Virus record (IMG/VR): IMGVR_UViG_3300036801_000157
Span: 1 to 62,439 of that record
Direction: 5' to 3' (one strand)
DNA length: 62,439 nucleotides
From: a virus
Taxonomy: Duplodnaviria > Caudoviricetes
Positions 26,189 through 35,883 of the stretch are shown in pieces. Every line of letters begins with the position of its first letter. Within the stretch, counting starts at the first letter, position 1. The position numbers and the translations under genes are program-made. The notes under the pieces were generated by a model, which was not told the origin of the DNA, did no database searches, and was given only the letters and a program-made list of their open reading frames with translations.

Positions 26189-27993
26189 CTCAACGTCACC
26201 ATGGGATCGATGTAATACGTGGTCGACGGCTTGGCGACACGCACACGTGCCTCGATGATGCCGGCAAATCCCGGCTGCGGCGAGGCAAGCGTGGCGACAA
26301 GCTTGAACGGCGACCAGCCTGCGCCGGAGCCACCGCCGTTCCATGTCGAGCCATCCGAGGCGACCGCAGCATTGGCCGAGGACACAGTCGCCTTGGTGGT
26401 GTTCTTGATCGTCCCCTGCGGAAACGACGCGCTGCCGAGGTATTCAACCTCAATCCAGATGTCATCGTTGTTGGGCAGTGCGCCGGCGTTGATAGTGCCG
26501 CATACCGTCACGATGACATTGGCGCCGGTGGTCGGATTCCAGATCGCATAGGGCTCAGCCTTGAATGGCCGCAGCCACTGCGAATTCGCGGTAGTGACGA
26601 TCTTGCGCGACTGCGCCTGCCCGGTCGGATCGGTGGCGCCATTGACGCGAGTGATCGATGCTTCCGTCGTCTCGGTGCCTTCCACCACATAGCGCGCGGA
26701 CTTATAAGCCGTTGCCCCGCCGTCGGCGCGGATGACCTGGATGACCTGACCGGTATTCACCGGATTAGGAAACGTCGCGGACGCGTTGAGCTTGCAGTCC
26801 TTGACGACCCAGTTACCTATCGAAGCAGGAGGTGTTGCCGAGACGAAAACGGAAGCCCACTGGCTGAGGTCGAGCGTTTCGAGCAGGGTGTCGCTGAAAC
26901 CGCCGGTAGCGTTCTGACCTAGCAAATTCGTCGGCACCGTCGATCCGGACGCAAGCACCGTTGCCGTATTCTGCCAGGTGAAATTGGTGTAGGCGACACT
27001 GATGATCTGCCCAACATTGGAAAAACCAACCTGACAGTTGTTCCAGATAATAGCGCCGGAAGCAGTCGTGTTCAGCACTATCAGCGCAGTGCTTGAAGTG
27101 GTGGCAAGCTTGAAAGCACAGCTTTCGAAATTATAAAAACTGCTGCCAGGGAACATCGCCACGTTTGCCGCAGCCGATTGTCCGACCCCGACGATAAACG
27201 TCAGTCCGTAGAGATAAAACGTTCCACTGAGATTGATATTAATGGCTGCCGACGCCGCTGTCGTCGAGATCGTCGCCGTGACCGCCAGATCGGCCGCTGC
27301 CGGCGGATAGCTGCCCGAATGATTATGGCAAATGATTTTGCTGACCGTCGTATTGGACCCTGCTCCCCCTGTGGTGATCGCCGTCGTTTGAGACTCAGCA
27401 TGGTTGTCGCCGACATAAATCGTATTGCCGGCCACGAACCAAGTAGCCGTAAGGACGCTGGCCAGCCGCGCGTGTGGAGCGCCGCCGCCGGTGAAGTTCC
27501 CGACCACGCCGAGGCAGGTCCACGTCACCGTGCCGTCGGTCTGTGTCGTGCCAGCCGTGTCGTTCGCCCAGGCCGGCTCTGATGCACCTGTGCTTCCCGC
27601 CGTCGAGCAAATCCAGTAACTGGCGCCATTGTTGCGCTGGATGATCGCACCCAGTGAAACCCCAGTAGCAATAGCCCTTTGCGCCGCCCAGGTCGGCGTG
27701 TTCGTCTGGTCTCCGTTAACGGCGGCGGCGCCGGTAACTTCCTGCCATGTGACTGTGCCGTCGGTCGTCTTGGCGCCGCGCGTGAGCACCCAAGTCGCAT
27801 CGGTGACGTTCGCCGTGGTCCCAGCCGCAATGCAAACGAAGCATCGCTCGCTTCCCACTGCCGGCGCCGTAAACTGGCGACGCACGACACCAGCCGCAAC
27901 GGCGGTGTTCTGAGGACGGACGGTTACCGCGTAATAACCAGTCGTGCTCTGATTGCCGGCGTTGCAATACCAGGTGGTGTCGCCGAATGCCAC
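26185..27993 (-). CDS. Beta-rich virion protein (spike/fibre-like)
   Basis: TDGTVTW repeats, AG.T motifs, beta-helix-like middle, YYIDP C-terminus. Confidence 0.7.
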   Translation of the reverse strand: MAFGDTTWYCNAGNQSTTGYYAVTVRPQNTAVAAGVVRRQFTAPAVGSERCFVCIAAGTTANVTDATWVLTRGAKTTDGTVTWQEVTGAAAVNGDQTNTPTWAAQRAIATGVSLGAIIQRNNGASYWICSTAGSTGASEPAWANDTAGTTQTDGTVTWTCLGVVGNFTGGGAPHARLASVLTATWFVAGNTIYVGDNHAESQTTAITTGGAGSNTTVSKIICHNHSGSYPPAAADLAVTATISTTAASAAININLSGTFYLYGLTFIVGVGQSAAANVAMFPGSSFYNFESCAFKLATTSSTALIVLNTTASGAIIWNNCQVGFSNVGQIISVAYTNFTWQNTATVLASGSTVPTNLLGQNATGGFSDTLLETLDLSQWASVFVSATPPASIGNWVVKDCKLNASATFPNPVNTGQVIQVIRADGGATAYKSARYVVEGTETTEASITRVNGATDPTGQAQSRKIVTTANSQWLRPFKAEPYAIWNPTTGANVIVTVCGTINAGALPNNDDIWIEVEYLGSASFPQGTIKNTTKATVSSANAAVASDGSTWNGGGSGAGWSPFKLVATLASPQPGFAGIIEARVRVAKPSTTYYIDPMVTLS

Positions 27994-27999
27994 GTCCGG

Positions 28000-28194
28000 C
28001 TATCCCTTCGCCGGCTTCCGTGGCTTCGCAGAAAGGCCGCTGGCGCGTTTTTCCGAGGCAGGCGCCTCACTGGCCCGGCCGATCTCGACCGCATCGGCGA
28101 CCACCATGCGCCGCTGGCGCCATGCCTCCCGCTCGAGCTCGGCCTTCTGGTCCCACATCTGCCTGAAAGCGGTGTGCCTCTTGCTGCGGATCAT
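28000..28194 (-). CDS. Small hypothetical protein
   Basis: Fills the operon gap. Confidence 0.4.
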   Translation of the reverse strand: MIRSKRHTAFRQMWDQKAELEREAWRQRRMVVADAVEIGRASEAPASEKRASGLSAKPRKPAKG

Positions 28195-28200
28195 GGCGCG

Positions 28201-28515
28201 TTACCCCTTGATCAGATCGTCTTCATAATGCGGTGGCGCCCGGAGAACTTGGGTAAAAGGAAACACCGTCTTCCGCCTGCCTGTCACGCTGTCATAATGA
28301 CGATCGATCAGCAGCGACTTGCCACGGCCGAATAGCATGTCCCACCGCGCCTCGGCCTCCTTGCGCGTCGGTTCCATTTGCCTGAGCGTGTTGATCAAAA
28401 TGTTGATCGCTGCGCCGATCACACAATCGACGTTCTTGCCGGCTGCCGCCTGCCGGAACGCCTCGAACAACATTCGCTCCTGTTCAGGAAGGCCTTTGAG
28501 AGGATCGAGATTCAT
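28201..28515 (-). CDS. Hypothetical protein
   Basis: ORF track, 104 aa, plausible composition. Confidence 0.6.
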   Translation of the reverse strand: MNLDPLKGLPEQERMLFEAFRQAAAGKNVDCVIGAAINILINTLRQMEPTRKEAEARWDMLFGRGKSLLIDRHYDSVTGRRKTVFPFTQVLRAPPHYEDDLIKG

Positions 28516-28530
28516 GCTCTTCGCTCCGCA

Positions 28531-28564
28531 CTTGACTTGGATTCGCCATTGGCCTAAATGGCCG
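28531..28564 (+). promoter_or_regulatory. Putative promoter of three-gene moron (leaderless)
   Basis: CTTGACTT-N12-GGCCT-AAAT-GGCCG directly before ATG 28566. Confidence 0.6.
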
Positions 28565-28565
28565 C

Positions 28566-28799
28566 ATGACCGACTTGCCGGACAACATCAACTTGAACTT
28601 GATCGGCCACACGCTGCTCGCCATGCAGCGAGAGTTGCTGTCGCTGCGCGATGACATGACCGTCGTCACCGCGATTTTGAACCGCATCGACCGCAATCAA
28701 AGCAGCTTCATCGAGGAGCTGCGCGTCATGCGGATTCAACAAGACCGCGTGCGCAGCCGTGTCGACCGATTGGAGCAAGACCAGAATCCGCATCCATGA
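28566..28799 (+). CDS. Small coiled-coil protein
   Basis: INLNLIG...LRDDMTVVTAIL.RI. Confidence 0.65.
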   Translation: MTDLPDNINLNLIGHTLLAMQRELLSLRDDMTVVTAILNRIDRNQSSFIEELRVMRIQQDRVRSRVDRLEQDQNPHP

Positions 28800-28993
28800 C
28801 CGACGTTGACCTCAATTTTCTGGCGCGTCAGAACGAACGCATCCTCGCGGAATTGCGCAGCGTGCGCGACGAGATGGCAACCATGCGCGATGACATGATC
28901 GTCATGTCTGCCATGCTGCGGAAGATCGAAAATTGGATGCGCAGAACCGATGACCGCCTGCATCGCCTCGAAGATAGCGAAACAACACGATGA
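28796..28993 (+). CDS. Small coiled-coil protein, paralog of the previous gene
   Basis: VDLNFLARQ...MRDDMIVMSAML.KI. Confidence 0.65.
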   Translation: MTDVDLNFLARQNERILAELRSVRDEMATMRDDMIVMSAMLRKIENWMRRTDDRLHRLEDSETTR

Positions 28994-29241
28994 CCATCAT
29001 GATGGGCAAGCTGTACGCAGCCCTGCGCGAGGCCAACGCGCCGGAAACGGCAGCCCGCGAGGCCGCCGAGGAAGCCGCCGAATTCAGGAGTTCACTCGCG
29101 GACATCAAGGCGGAATTTTCCGGTGTCAAATTGGAATTCGCAGAAGTGAAAGGCAAGCTTCTGCTGCTGCAATGGATGGTCGGATTCAATCTCGCAATGA
29201 CCGTCGCCATCGTCGCACGCCTGTTCCTGATGCGGCCATGA
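28990..29241 (+). CDS. DUF1640/CCDC90-like coiled-coil membrane protein
   Basis: KLYAALREANAPE..A.EAA; LL.WMVGFNLAMTVAI transmembrane end. Confidence 0.7.
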   Translation: MTIMMGKLYAALREANAPETAAREAAEEAAEFRSSLADIKAEFSGVKLEFAEVKGKLLLLQWMVGFNLAMTVAIVARLFLMRP

Positions 29242-29246
29242 AAGCG

Positions 29247-30590
29247 TCACGCAGGCTCCGCTTCCTCGCATTGCAGTTCGGACTGCCGCCGCTTCAGCTC
29301 GGCTTCTAGTTCGGCGTATCGAGCTTCAAGCAGAGCAGTGTTGATCGGCGCATCTGTAAAGTCGCTCGGCATCAAGGCGCGGCCGATCCGAGCTTCAAGA
29401 CATTCAAAGCAGAGAAAGTCGCCATAGCTGGTGTTGTATGGCAGTATTTCGCGATCAGGCATGCCTGCCGAAAACCAAAGACTGTCATGCACGTGATAAT
29501 TTTCGCACCTCACGCCACAGTCGATGCAGAGGAAACTCATGCCCCTGCGCGGCGTCTGGTACGGACCGATCCGCTTCTTGTCCCTGTATTTGGCCTGACG
29601 CAACCGAGCGCATTCGCCACAAGTCCGGTATTCATATTTGCCGTCGCGACCAATCCGGAGATTGCCGCCGATCAACTCGTGCCCATGCTTGCAGTGCGTC
29701 GAAACGGTCCTTGGCGCACGTGCCGGCTTTTCTTTCTTCGCCCTGTGCTTGCGCATACGAAGCTTGATGCACTCTTTGCATCGACGCTTTTCATATTTAC
29801 CTTCGTGAGCAATGATCAGATTGTCGCCGCTCAATTCGTGGCCATGGCTGCATCTTGGCCCAAGCTTCCACCGTGATTTACCCTTCCAAGCATCAAGACA
29901 TTCCATGATCTTGGCTCGCCGCCGTGCACCCATCAGCGGCAACAGCGTCATCATCAGCCCGGAGACCTGAGCTTGCTTCATGAGCTTCCAGTGATAAGCC
30001 GTTTTGCCAGACGGCAGGAGACGCTGCTGCGGAAGCCTACCAAGATCAAGCATCGTGCCGAAACGATCGATGACATCCTTGTCCGTCATCGCGATCTCAA
30101 TGATCGGCTCACCATCGCGGCGGTGACCAAAGTAACCCTCCCCTTCAAGTAGACCAGCTATCCACCCTAGATCAAATGTCGGAGCATGCCTCCACTCGAT
30201 CTCAGGAAAAGTCGTTACGCGATCTTCAATTACAGCCAATCGCATTCTTCGCGGTCTCTCGGTCTTCCAAGAAAACCTTCGTTTCGTCTTCCAACGTTCA
30301 AGGCATTCGACGATCTTTGCCCGCCGTCGTTCTCCCATCAATGGCAGTAGCGTCATCATTAGACCAGCAGTGGTTGCTTGATTTGTGGAAGACCACCGGA
30401 ATTCGGTCTTGCCAGATGGCAATAGCCTCTGTCCTACTCCACCAAATCCAAGGATTGATTGCAGACGGCAGATGACATCGCCATCGGTCATGGGAATCGA
30501 TATCACCAGATCACCGCAGTCCCGATCGGTGAAAGAACCTTCGCCCTCAAGCAATCCCGCTACCCAACCCAATTGACCCATTGAGATCAT
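29247..30590 (-). CDS. Two-motif LAGLIDADG-like endonuclease with Zn-finger tail
   Basis: GWVAGLLEGEGSF and GWIAGLLEGEGYF; two C..GHEL.G.NL...R.C..C modules; terminal C..C/LC..CLE.R.GR.L. Confidence 0.75.
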   Translation of the reverse strand: MISMGQLGWVAGLLEGEGSFTDRDCGDLVISIPMTDGDVICRLQSILGFGGVGQRLLPSGKTEFRWSSTNQATTAGLMMTLLPLMGERRRAKIVECLERWKTKRRFSWKTERPRRMRLAVIEDRVTTFPEIEWRHAPTFDLGWIAGLLEGEGYFGHRRDGEPIIEIAMTDKDVIDRFGTMLDLGRLPQQRLLPSGKTAYHWKLMKQAQVSGLMMTLLPLMGARRRAKIMECLDAWKGKSRWKLGPRCSHGHELSGDNLIIAHEGKYEKRRCKECIKLRMRKHRAKKEKPARAPRTVSTHCKHGHELIGGNLRIGRDGKYEYRTCGECARLRQAKYRDKKRIGPYQTPRRGMSFLCIDCGVRCENYHVHDSLWFSAGMPDREILPYNTSYGDFLCFECLEARIGRALMPSDFTDAPINTALLEARYAELEAELKRRQSELQCEEAEPA

Positions 30591-30673
30591 GCAATGCCTC
30601 CAATCGACCGCGAAATGCGATCGGGAGACTGCATAGCATTGGATATGTTGTTACTCCAAACGGTGGATGTGCG

Positions 30674-31294
30674 TCATGCTGCCGCGGCGAACGCAGCGGC
30701 ATAGTCCACATACTTCAGACCGCCGAACTCCCGCACTGCATGCGGTGCAAACGTCTCGACCTGCTCGGCGATAAGACCAATTTGCCGTTTCTTTTCACCG
30801 ATATAGCGATAGCTGACGATTTCCGCTTGACCAAACTTCCCAAGCCTCATAATGTCCGTCTTCGCCACAACCGTAGATAGCTGAAAAATTCCACTCGCGT
30901 TCCACGTGATGACAATGTTGCCCCCGTTGGGCGTGACCGGTAATCCGGTGACCGACGTATCCTCATACAGCACCAGCCTCCACGTCGTATTGGCCCCCGC
31001 ATTCTTCCTGTAGATAACGATTGCGCCGATGACGGTGCCTGAGACGGCGGTGAACGTGCAGTCGTCGCCATCGAACAGGCCGTTGGTGACCGTTGGTGTT
31101 GTGATGGCGACATCGGTGCCCTGGACGTTGCTCAGCGACGAATAGAACTGATGCGCCGACGAGTAGGTGTAGCCGCTCGACGTGGTGACCAGCGCGGCGA
31201 ACGGCGCGTTGGAGCCGGTCTGATCGAGCGACTTGTTGGTGTCGGCCTCGGTCATGAGGCTTTGCTTCCAACGTGGGTAAAGTGCGTTTGCGAT
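30674..31294 (-). CDS. Virion protein with C-terminal S74-like chaperone; ATC start
   Basis: GGAGG-N5-ATC GCA AAC GCA CTT TAC; PVTPNGGNI..TW...GIFQL then S...K.DI...IGLIA.QV...P.AV...G.K.VDY. Confidence 0.7.
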   Translation of the reverse strand: MANALYPRWKQSLMTEADTNKSLDQTGSNAPFAALVTTSSGYTYSSAHQFYSSLSNVQGTDVAITTPTVTNGLFDGDDCTFTAVSGTVIGAIVIYRKNAGANTTWRLVLYEDTSVTGLPVTPNGGNIVITWNASGIFQLSTVVAKTDIMRLGKFGQAEIVSYRYIGEKKRQIGLIAEQVETFAPHAVREFGGLKYVDYAAAFAAAA

Positions 31295-31443
31295 TGTAGC
31301 CTCCTATTGCTTCAACTTTATAGACATGCGCCGAGAACGGCTTAGGAAGGCCGCTGGCACGTTTTCGCGATTGACGGATGTCGAGTAGCCACCCTGACAG
31401 TGAAGCCGGGCCTGCGGCCTTGGCACGCGGCCCTGCGCCGGGC

Positions 31444-31890
31444 TTAGGCCTTCTTCTTCGGCGGGGCGTCAGCCGGTCGCGTCACCACGTCCGGCGCCTG
31501 CCCGCGTGCGTGCATGTGAATGCCTGTCTCGGCCGCCAGCTGCTCGCCGCTTTTCTTGGCATCCTTCTCGCGGCGTTCCTTGTCGGCTTCCTGGCCTTCC
31601 TCGATCAAATTCGCCTCGGCCTCGGCCAGCGCTGACCGCGACTTCTGCTCCTCGGGAATTTCCGGGCCATCTTTCGGCTCCGGGTCTTGGCCCGAAACGC
31701 GCAGATCGGCGCCCGCCTTCGACGCCTCTTCCATGTTCTTCGCCACCGGCTCGGCCACCTCCACCTCGGCTTCCTGACCCGGACCGAGATTATGCTGCTT
31801 GCCAGCCGCGTCGAATACCCAACGCATGCCCGTCGGCGAGACGTTCTTTACCTGAATCGTACGCTTTGCGACTTCCTGCTGCTCAGCCAT
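31444..31890 (-). CDS. Hypothetical protein downstream of capsid gene
   Basis: AGGAG RBS; V.N.SP...LGPGQEAEV. Confidence 0.7.
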   Translation of the reverse strand: MAEQQEVAKRTIQVKNVSPTGMRWVFDAAGKQHNLGPGQEAEVEVAEPVAKNMEEASKAGADLRVSGQDPEPKDGPEIPEEQKSRSALAEAEANLIEEGQEADKERREKDAKKSGEQLAAETGIHMHARGQAPDVVTRPADAPPKKKA

Positions 31891-31938
31891 CGCTGTGCTC
31901 CTTTGTTTACTTCCATTACGTTGTCAACCTCATAGGAT

Positions 31939-32889
31939 TTAGATACCATCGGCATAATGTACGCTGAGCGGCCTTCTGACCTCGATACCGCCGGTACGGA
32001 AAATCCCGGGTACATCGTACCGGAGAGGCGTGACTTGCATGACGCCGAGGAACTTGTGCGGCATCGGGAGATGCAGCTTGAGGATCGACGGATCGTTTCG
32101 ATACGCGACCATGCGGGCCGCGCCCGCAGCACCTGCCGTCTCCAGCCCGCGGACCGCGCGGATGGTGAGCTGCTGGCCGGTGATGGCGGTGTATGTGTTG
32201 TACTGCTGCAGCCACGCCATCGCGCTCGCCGTGGTGTTGGCAATTCGCGTGGTCGCCAACAATGTAAAGCTGGCAACCGGCAGCAGCAGCGTGTCGGCCA
32301 TTTCAACTGTTTGCGATCCGGTGTAGATGCCCGTCAGAACCGCGTTGACATCCCGGATCATCAGATCGGCAGTCTTGGTGGACCACAGCGTTGACGATCC
32401 GCTGCCATCGGCGGCCACGCTGCCGGCGGGCACGTTGGCGTCGTTTACGATGCCGGTCCAGTTTTTGGTCGAGTCGCCGGTGAATGTGATGCGCTCCATG
32501 AACTCTTCGTAAGCTCGGCGCGCCGCATCGCCTCGCTCGGCGGTCAGATTCATGTTCGGAATCTGCATCGCCACACCAAGTTCCTCCATCGTGTAGTAGT
32601 ACCCGATGCCCGCCATCTCGATTCCTTGCTCGTACTTTGTGCGCACGATATCGGCAAATGGCATATCGGAGGCCATGTGGTGGAACCACTGGGCCTGACC
32701 GACTTTATCCGACGAGAAGAATGTTTTCGATTTCGTCCACTCGTTGCCCGAAGTATCGACAGGCACAAGGTCCGGGTATTGGATTTCAGGATACTGAATT
32801 TCGTAGATTTGCGGCTCTATATAAGAAGCCTGCTGCACCATGAAGCTCAATATCGACTGAGCGTCACGAAACGATTCGCGATAGTTCAT
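31939..32889 (-). CDS. Major capsid protein (DUF2184 type)
   Basis: YEIQYPEIQY..LVP, GY.Y..EEL, ADTLLLP, RMVAY, GG.E.RRP....Y.DGI. Confidence 0.9.
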   Translation of the reverse strand: MNYRESFRDAQSILSFMVQQASYIEPQIYEIQYPEIQYPDLVPVDTSGNEWTKSKTFFSSDKVGQAQWFHHMASDMPFADIVRTKYEQGIEMAGIGYYYTMEELGVAMQIPNMNLTAERGDAARRAYEEFMERITFTGDSTKNWTGIVNDANVPAGSVAADGSGSSTLWSTKTADLMIRDVNAVLTGIYTGSQTVEMADTLLLPVASFTLLATTRIANTTASAMAWLQQYNTYTAITGQQLTIRAVRGLETAGAAGAARMVAYRNDPSILKLHLPMPHKFLGVMQVTPLRYDVPGIFRTGGIEVRRPLSVHYADGI

Positions 32890-32929
32890 TGTAATTCTCC
32901 TTTCGAGCGTGATCGCTCAGATGATCGGC

Positions 32930-33403
32930 TCAAGCCCCGGGCGCTGTTGCTGTCAACCGGAGCAGAGCCAACGCGCCCGCTCCAGCGGATGTGAGATAGC
33001 GAGAATTCGGAATCGCGACACCGGCAGAGGCCGGATTGAGCTGCCCGGTGCTGGAGCTGTATGTCGCCGGCGAGCCATGCGTGACAGCCGCCACCGCAAC
33101 CACCCAAATGTCCCCCTCGAGCATCACCCCCATGTTTGAATTTTGCACATAGGTGTCGACCACCGTCGCCGGATAAATCGGATACGCGGTGACGCTGCGC
33201 ACCGAAATGCCGAGGAATTTCGTCGCGCCTCCGAGCACAGCGCCGCGCGCGTTGGCGCCTTCCGACACCGCACGGCCGAACGCGATGCCCGCCGCCGTTT
33301 CGCAAATGCGGGTCTCCACACCATCGTCGTCCATTTGCGTGGCGATCTGGCCCTCGAGGCCAGGCTGCATCGTTAGAGAATAAGTGGTCTGTACAGCAGG
33401 CAT
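32930..33403 (-). CDS. Capsid decoration/cement protein
   Basis: MPAVQTTY, IAFGRAV, FLGISV, G.IWV; upstream of capsid gene. Confidence 0.8.
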   Translation of the reverse strand: MPAVQTTYSLTMQPGLEGQIATQMDDDGVETRICETAAGIAFGRAVSEGANARGAVLGGATKFLGISVRSVTAYPIYPATVVDTYVQNSNMGVMLEGDIWVVAVAAVTHGSPATYSSSTGQLNPASAGVAIPNSRYLTSAGAGALALLRLTATAPGA

Positions 33404-33484
33404 GAGAATGCCTCCTTTGCTTTAGAGTGATGATTTTTGGATTGGTGTTGCCGCGAGATATCGGCCTGCGGCGGTGGCCTTTAA

Positions 33485-35539
33485 TTAAGCGCCAGCAGTC
33501 TTCGCCGGCATCCTGCTCGTCTTCCACCGATTGCTGAGATCGGCATTGCGCTTGTCGTATGCCGTAGCGGCTTTGTCATTGTAATTTGGCGTCGGCGGCC
33601 GCGAGAAACTCTGCGTCATTCGCGCGAAGCCGTCCTGATGCTCGGGCTCCGTGATACTGAGGAAAGCGCCCTCGACGGCATCGTCGTTCATCGTCTTGGT
33701 CTTCTGATCGCCGAGGCGCGCGGCGACGACATCACGGCGAATCTGCGGATTGCTCTTTCCCTTCCATGCGTAATTCTGGTCGCCAAAGAATGCCGCGGCA
33801 CGGTCTTTGACTTCCTCACGCGTCTCCAGCTCCTTGTCGAGAATCTCTGGCGTGACCTTGGAGTCCTCGACTTTCTGCTTCAGCGCGGCGATCTCGCCGT
33901 CCTTTGCCGAGTCGCCCTTCATCGCCGCCGCCAACTGGGCCTGCAGTGCGGCGATCTGCGCCTTGAGCTTCTCGACATCGACACCCTGATCCGTGACCTT
34001 GCTATTGAGCGCAGTCAGATGCCGTGCAAGAATCTGATCATCCCTGTCCTCCAGCTCGATAGTAACGCCATCGATATTCCTGGTTACCATTGTCATACTC
34101 CTCTGTTCGTCAGCACTGTCGCCCCATGATTCCGGAATGAGCTTCGTCAGGCCCAGGGCGCGGGCCCGCTTTTTGATATGCGCCTTCGCAGCGGCCGGAT
34201 CCTTGGCACGGCCAACGGCCTGAATCGCATTTCGTAAATCTTTTGAACTCTTCACCGGAAAGCCGCCATGAGGCATGGCCTGCCCCTTCTCAGCCGCCTT
34301 CTCACGTTCTTTCTGGGAGAACTCGCGATCGAGTGCACCGCCGTCTTCGCCATCTCCAATCTTCAGCTTCTCGCCACCACGCGCGGCCTGCACCAACGCG
34401 ATATGATTTGCTCGAATTCCAACCTGCATCGCATCGAATTTTTCACCGGCGCCGTTCTCGCCGTCGCCCCACAACAATCTTGCGCTATAGCCGACGCTGA
34501 GCTGCGACGTGCCGGATTGCACCGCTTTGATCGCAGCGGCATCCGCGATCATCATCGGCACGCGGATATAATCGCCATCACGGGCAATGTCCCCGGTCGA
34601 ATGACCGACCGCCAGCTCCTTCCAGTTGCCAGCATTCACCGATGTGTCGGGATGATCGAGCGTGATCGGCACATGCGCCAGCGACGACATCGCGCGCCTG
34701 TCGAACACCTCTGAATCCGGCCGCATCACACGGACGACCTTCATGTCAGGGCGGCCAAGCTCAGCCCCCTTGTAGAGCTGAACCCCCGTGCGAGCAACGC
34801 GCGGCTCGGCAACGAGGTAGCCATCCTTCCGGATACGCATGCCGAAGCGCTTGGCGGTGTCGGCGTCGAGCGTGAATGTTTCGTCGAATTGATAACTGTC
34901 ACCGGTGCCGCCTTCGCCCTCGCCTTCGCCCTCCGCCTCCGCGGCCTTCTTGCGCCTGCCACCGCGTTGCTCGATCGTCTCGGTGGTCGTCTTATGAGTT
35001 CGGCTGTAACTCGCTTCGTCCTCGTCGTCGGATTCATCATCGTCGGATTCATCATCGTCGGATTCGTCGTCGTCAGGCTTCGACTTCGGACCGTTTTCTT
35101 CTTCCGATTCACCACCCGGCAAACGCTCGGCCTCAGCCGCCAATTCCTCCACCTGCTCAGATAACTCTGGCAACTCCAGCTCGAGTCTCGCGGCTTCCGC
35201 GGCTTTCTCAGCTTTCTCAGCTTCAGCTTTTTCGACCCATTCTTCCTCACCTTCCTCGGACTGGACGCGCGAGAATTTCTGCTGTACGGCGCGCAACGCG
35301 ATTTGACCCGCCAGCCGCTCCGGCTCTTCCTTGATCGAGCTGCGAAACGCCGCCCGCCAGATCGACTTGGCCGCCGCCGGCATGGACTGCACTTCCAGCG
35401 GCAAGTCGCGATCCCGCAGCGCCTTGTCGCCTTGCGCATTCGAGATTGCAGCCGCCTTCGCCTTCGAATATCCCCTGCGCCTAAGCGCTTCGTATACTTT
35501 TGCGTTTTTTATCGAAGGCCCTGGACTCTTGCCGGGCAT
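33485..35539 (-). CDS. DUF2213: DUF2213 prohead protease/scaffold with accessory domains
   Basis: DGYL...ARTGVQ.Y, P.T.DHP, LS.GY, I..NHIALV..ARGG; N-terminal ChaB-like region and acidic linker. Confidence 0.85.
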   Translation of the reverse strand: MPGKSPGPSIKNAKVYEALRRRGYSKAKAAAISNAQGDKALRDRDLPLEVQSMPAAAKSIWRAAFRSSIKEEPERLAGQIALRAVQQKFSRVQSEEGEEEWVEKAEAEKAEKAAEAARLELELPELSEQVEELAAEAERLPGGESEEENGPKSKPDDDESDDDESDDDESDDEDEASYSRTHKTTTETIEQRGGRRKKAAEAEGEGEGEGGTGDSYQFDETFTLDADTAKRFGMRIRKDGYLVAEPRVARTGVQLYKGAELGRPDMKVVRVMRPDSEVFDRRAMSSLAHVPITLDHPDTSVNAGNWKELAVGHSTGDIARDGDYIRVPMMIADAAAIKAVQSGTSQLSVGYSARLLWGDGENGAGEKFDAMQVGIRANHIALVQAARGGEKLKIGDGEDGGALDREFSQKEREKAAEKGQAMPHGGFPVKSSKDLRNAIQAVGRAKDPAAAKAHIKKRARALGLTKLIPESWGDSADEQRSMTMVTRNIDGVTIELEDRDDQILARHLTALNSKVTDQGVDVEKLKAQIAALQAQLAAAMKGDSAKDGEIAALKQKVEDSKVTPEILDKELETREEVKDRAAAFFGDQNYAWKGKSNPQIRRDVVAARLGDQKTKTMNDDAVEGAFLSITEPEHQDGFARMTQSFSRPPTPNYNDKAATAYDKRNADLSNRWKTSRMPAKTAGA

Positions 35540-35548
35540 GGCGGACTC

Positions 35549-35668
35549 CTATTTGTTGAGCGGATCGGCGTGCCAAGAACCATTAAGGTAGCCCGCCATA
35601 GCCAACGCAAAAAGGATCGCGCAGATCGCGCAAAATGCGATGATCGCGTCCCTGCTCTGATTGCTCAT
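35549..35668 (-). CDS. Small membrane protein
   Basis: MSNQSRDAIIAFCAICAILFALAMAG. Confidence 0.45.
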   Translation of the reverse strand: MSNQSRDAIIAFCAICAILFALAMAGYLNGSWHADPLNK

Positions 35669-35676
35669 GCGCCGAT

Positions 35677-35874
35677 CTATCGCGGCAGCCTGAACCCGGT
35701 ATCCATGCCAGCGAATTGTATCAGTAGCACAATCAAGATGATGACCCCGATGGCCACCAGAACTATGGTTGCGATCTTCTGCAAAGGCGGCGGCAACGGA
35801 ACTTGCTGCATCAGCCAGTACAAGAAAATGCAGACCACGACCAATATTACGATATACACGAGCAGCGCGATCAT
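35677..35874 (-). CDS. Two-helix membrane protein (Thivi_2564-like)
   Basis: Two hydrophobic helices around PLPPP; GGAG RBS. Confidence 0.7.
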   Translation of the reverse strand: MIALLVYIVILVVVCIFLYWLMQQVPLPPPLQKIATIVLVAIGVIILIVLLIQFAGMDTGFRLPR

Positions 35875-35883
35875 CTTGCTCTC

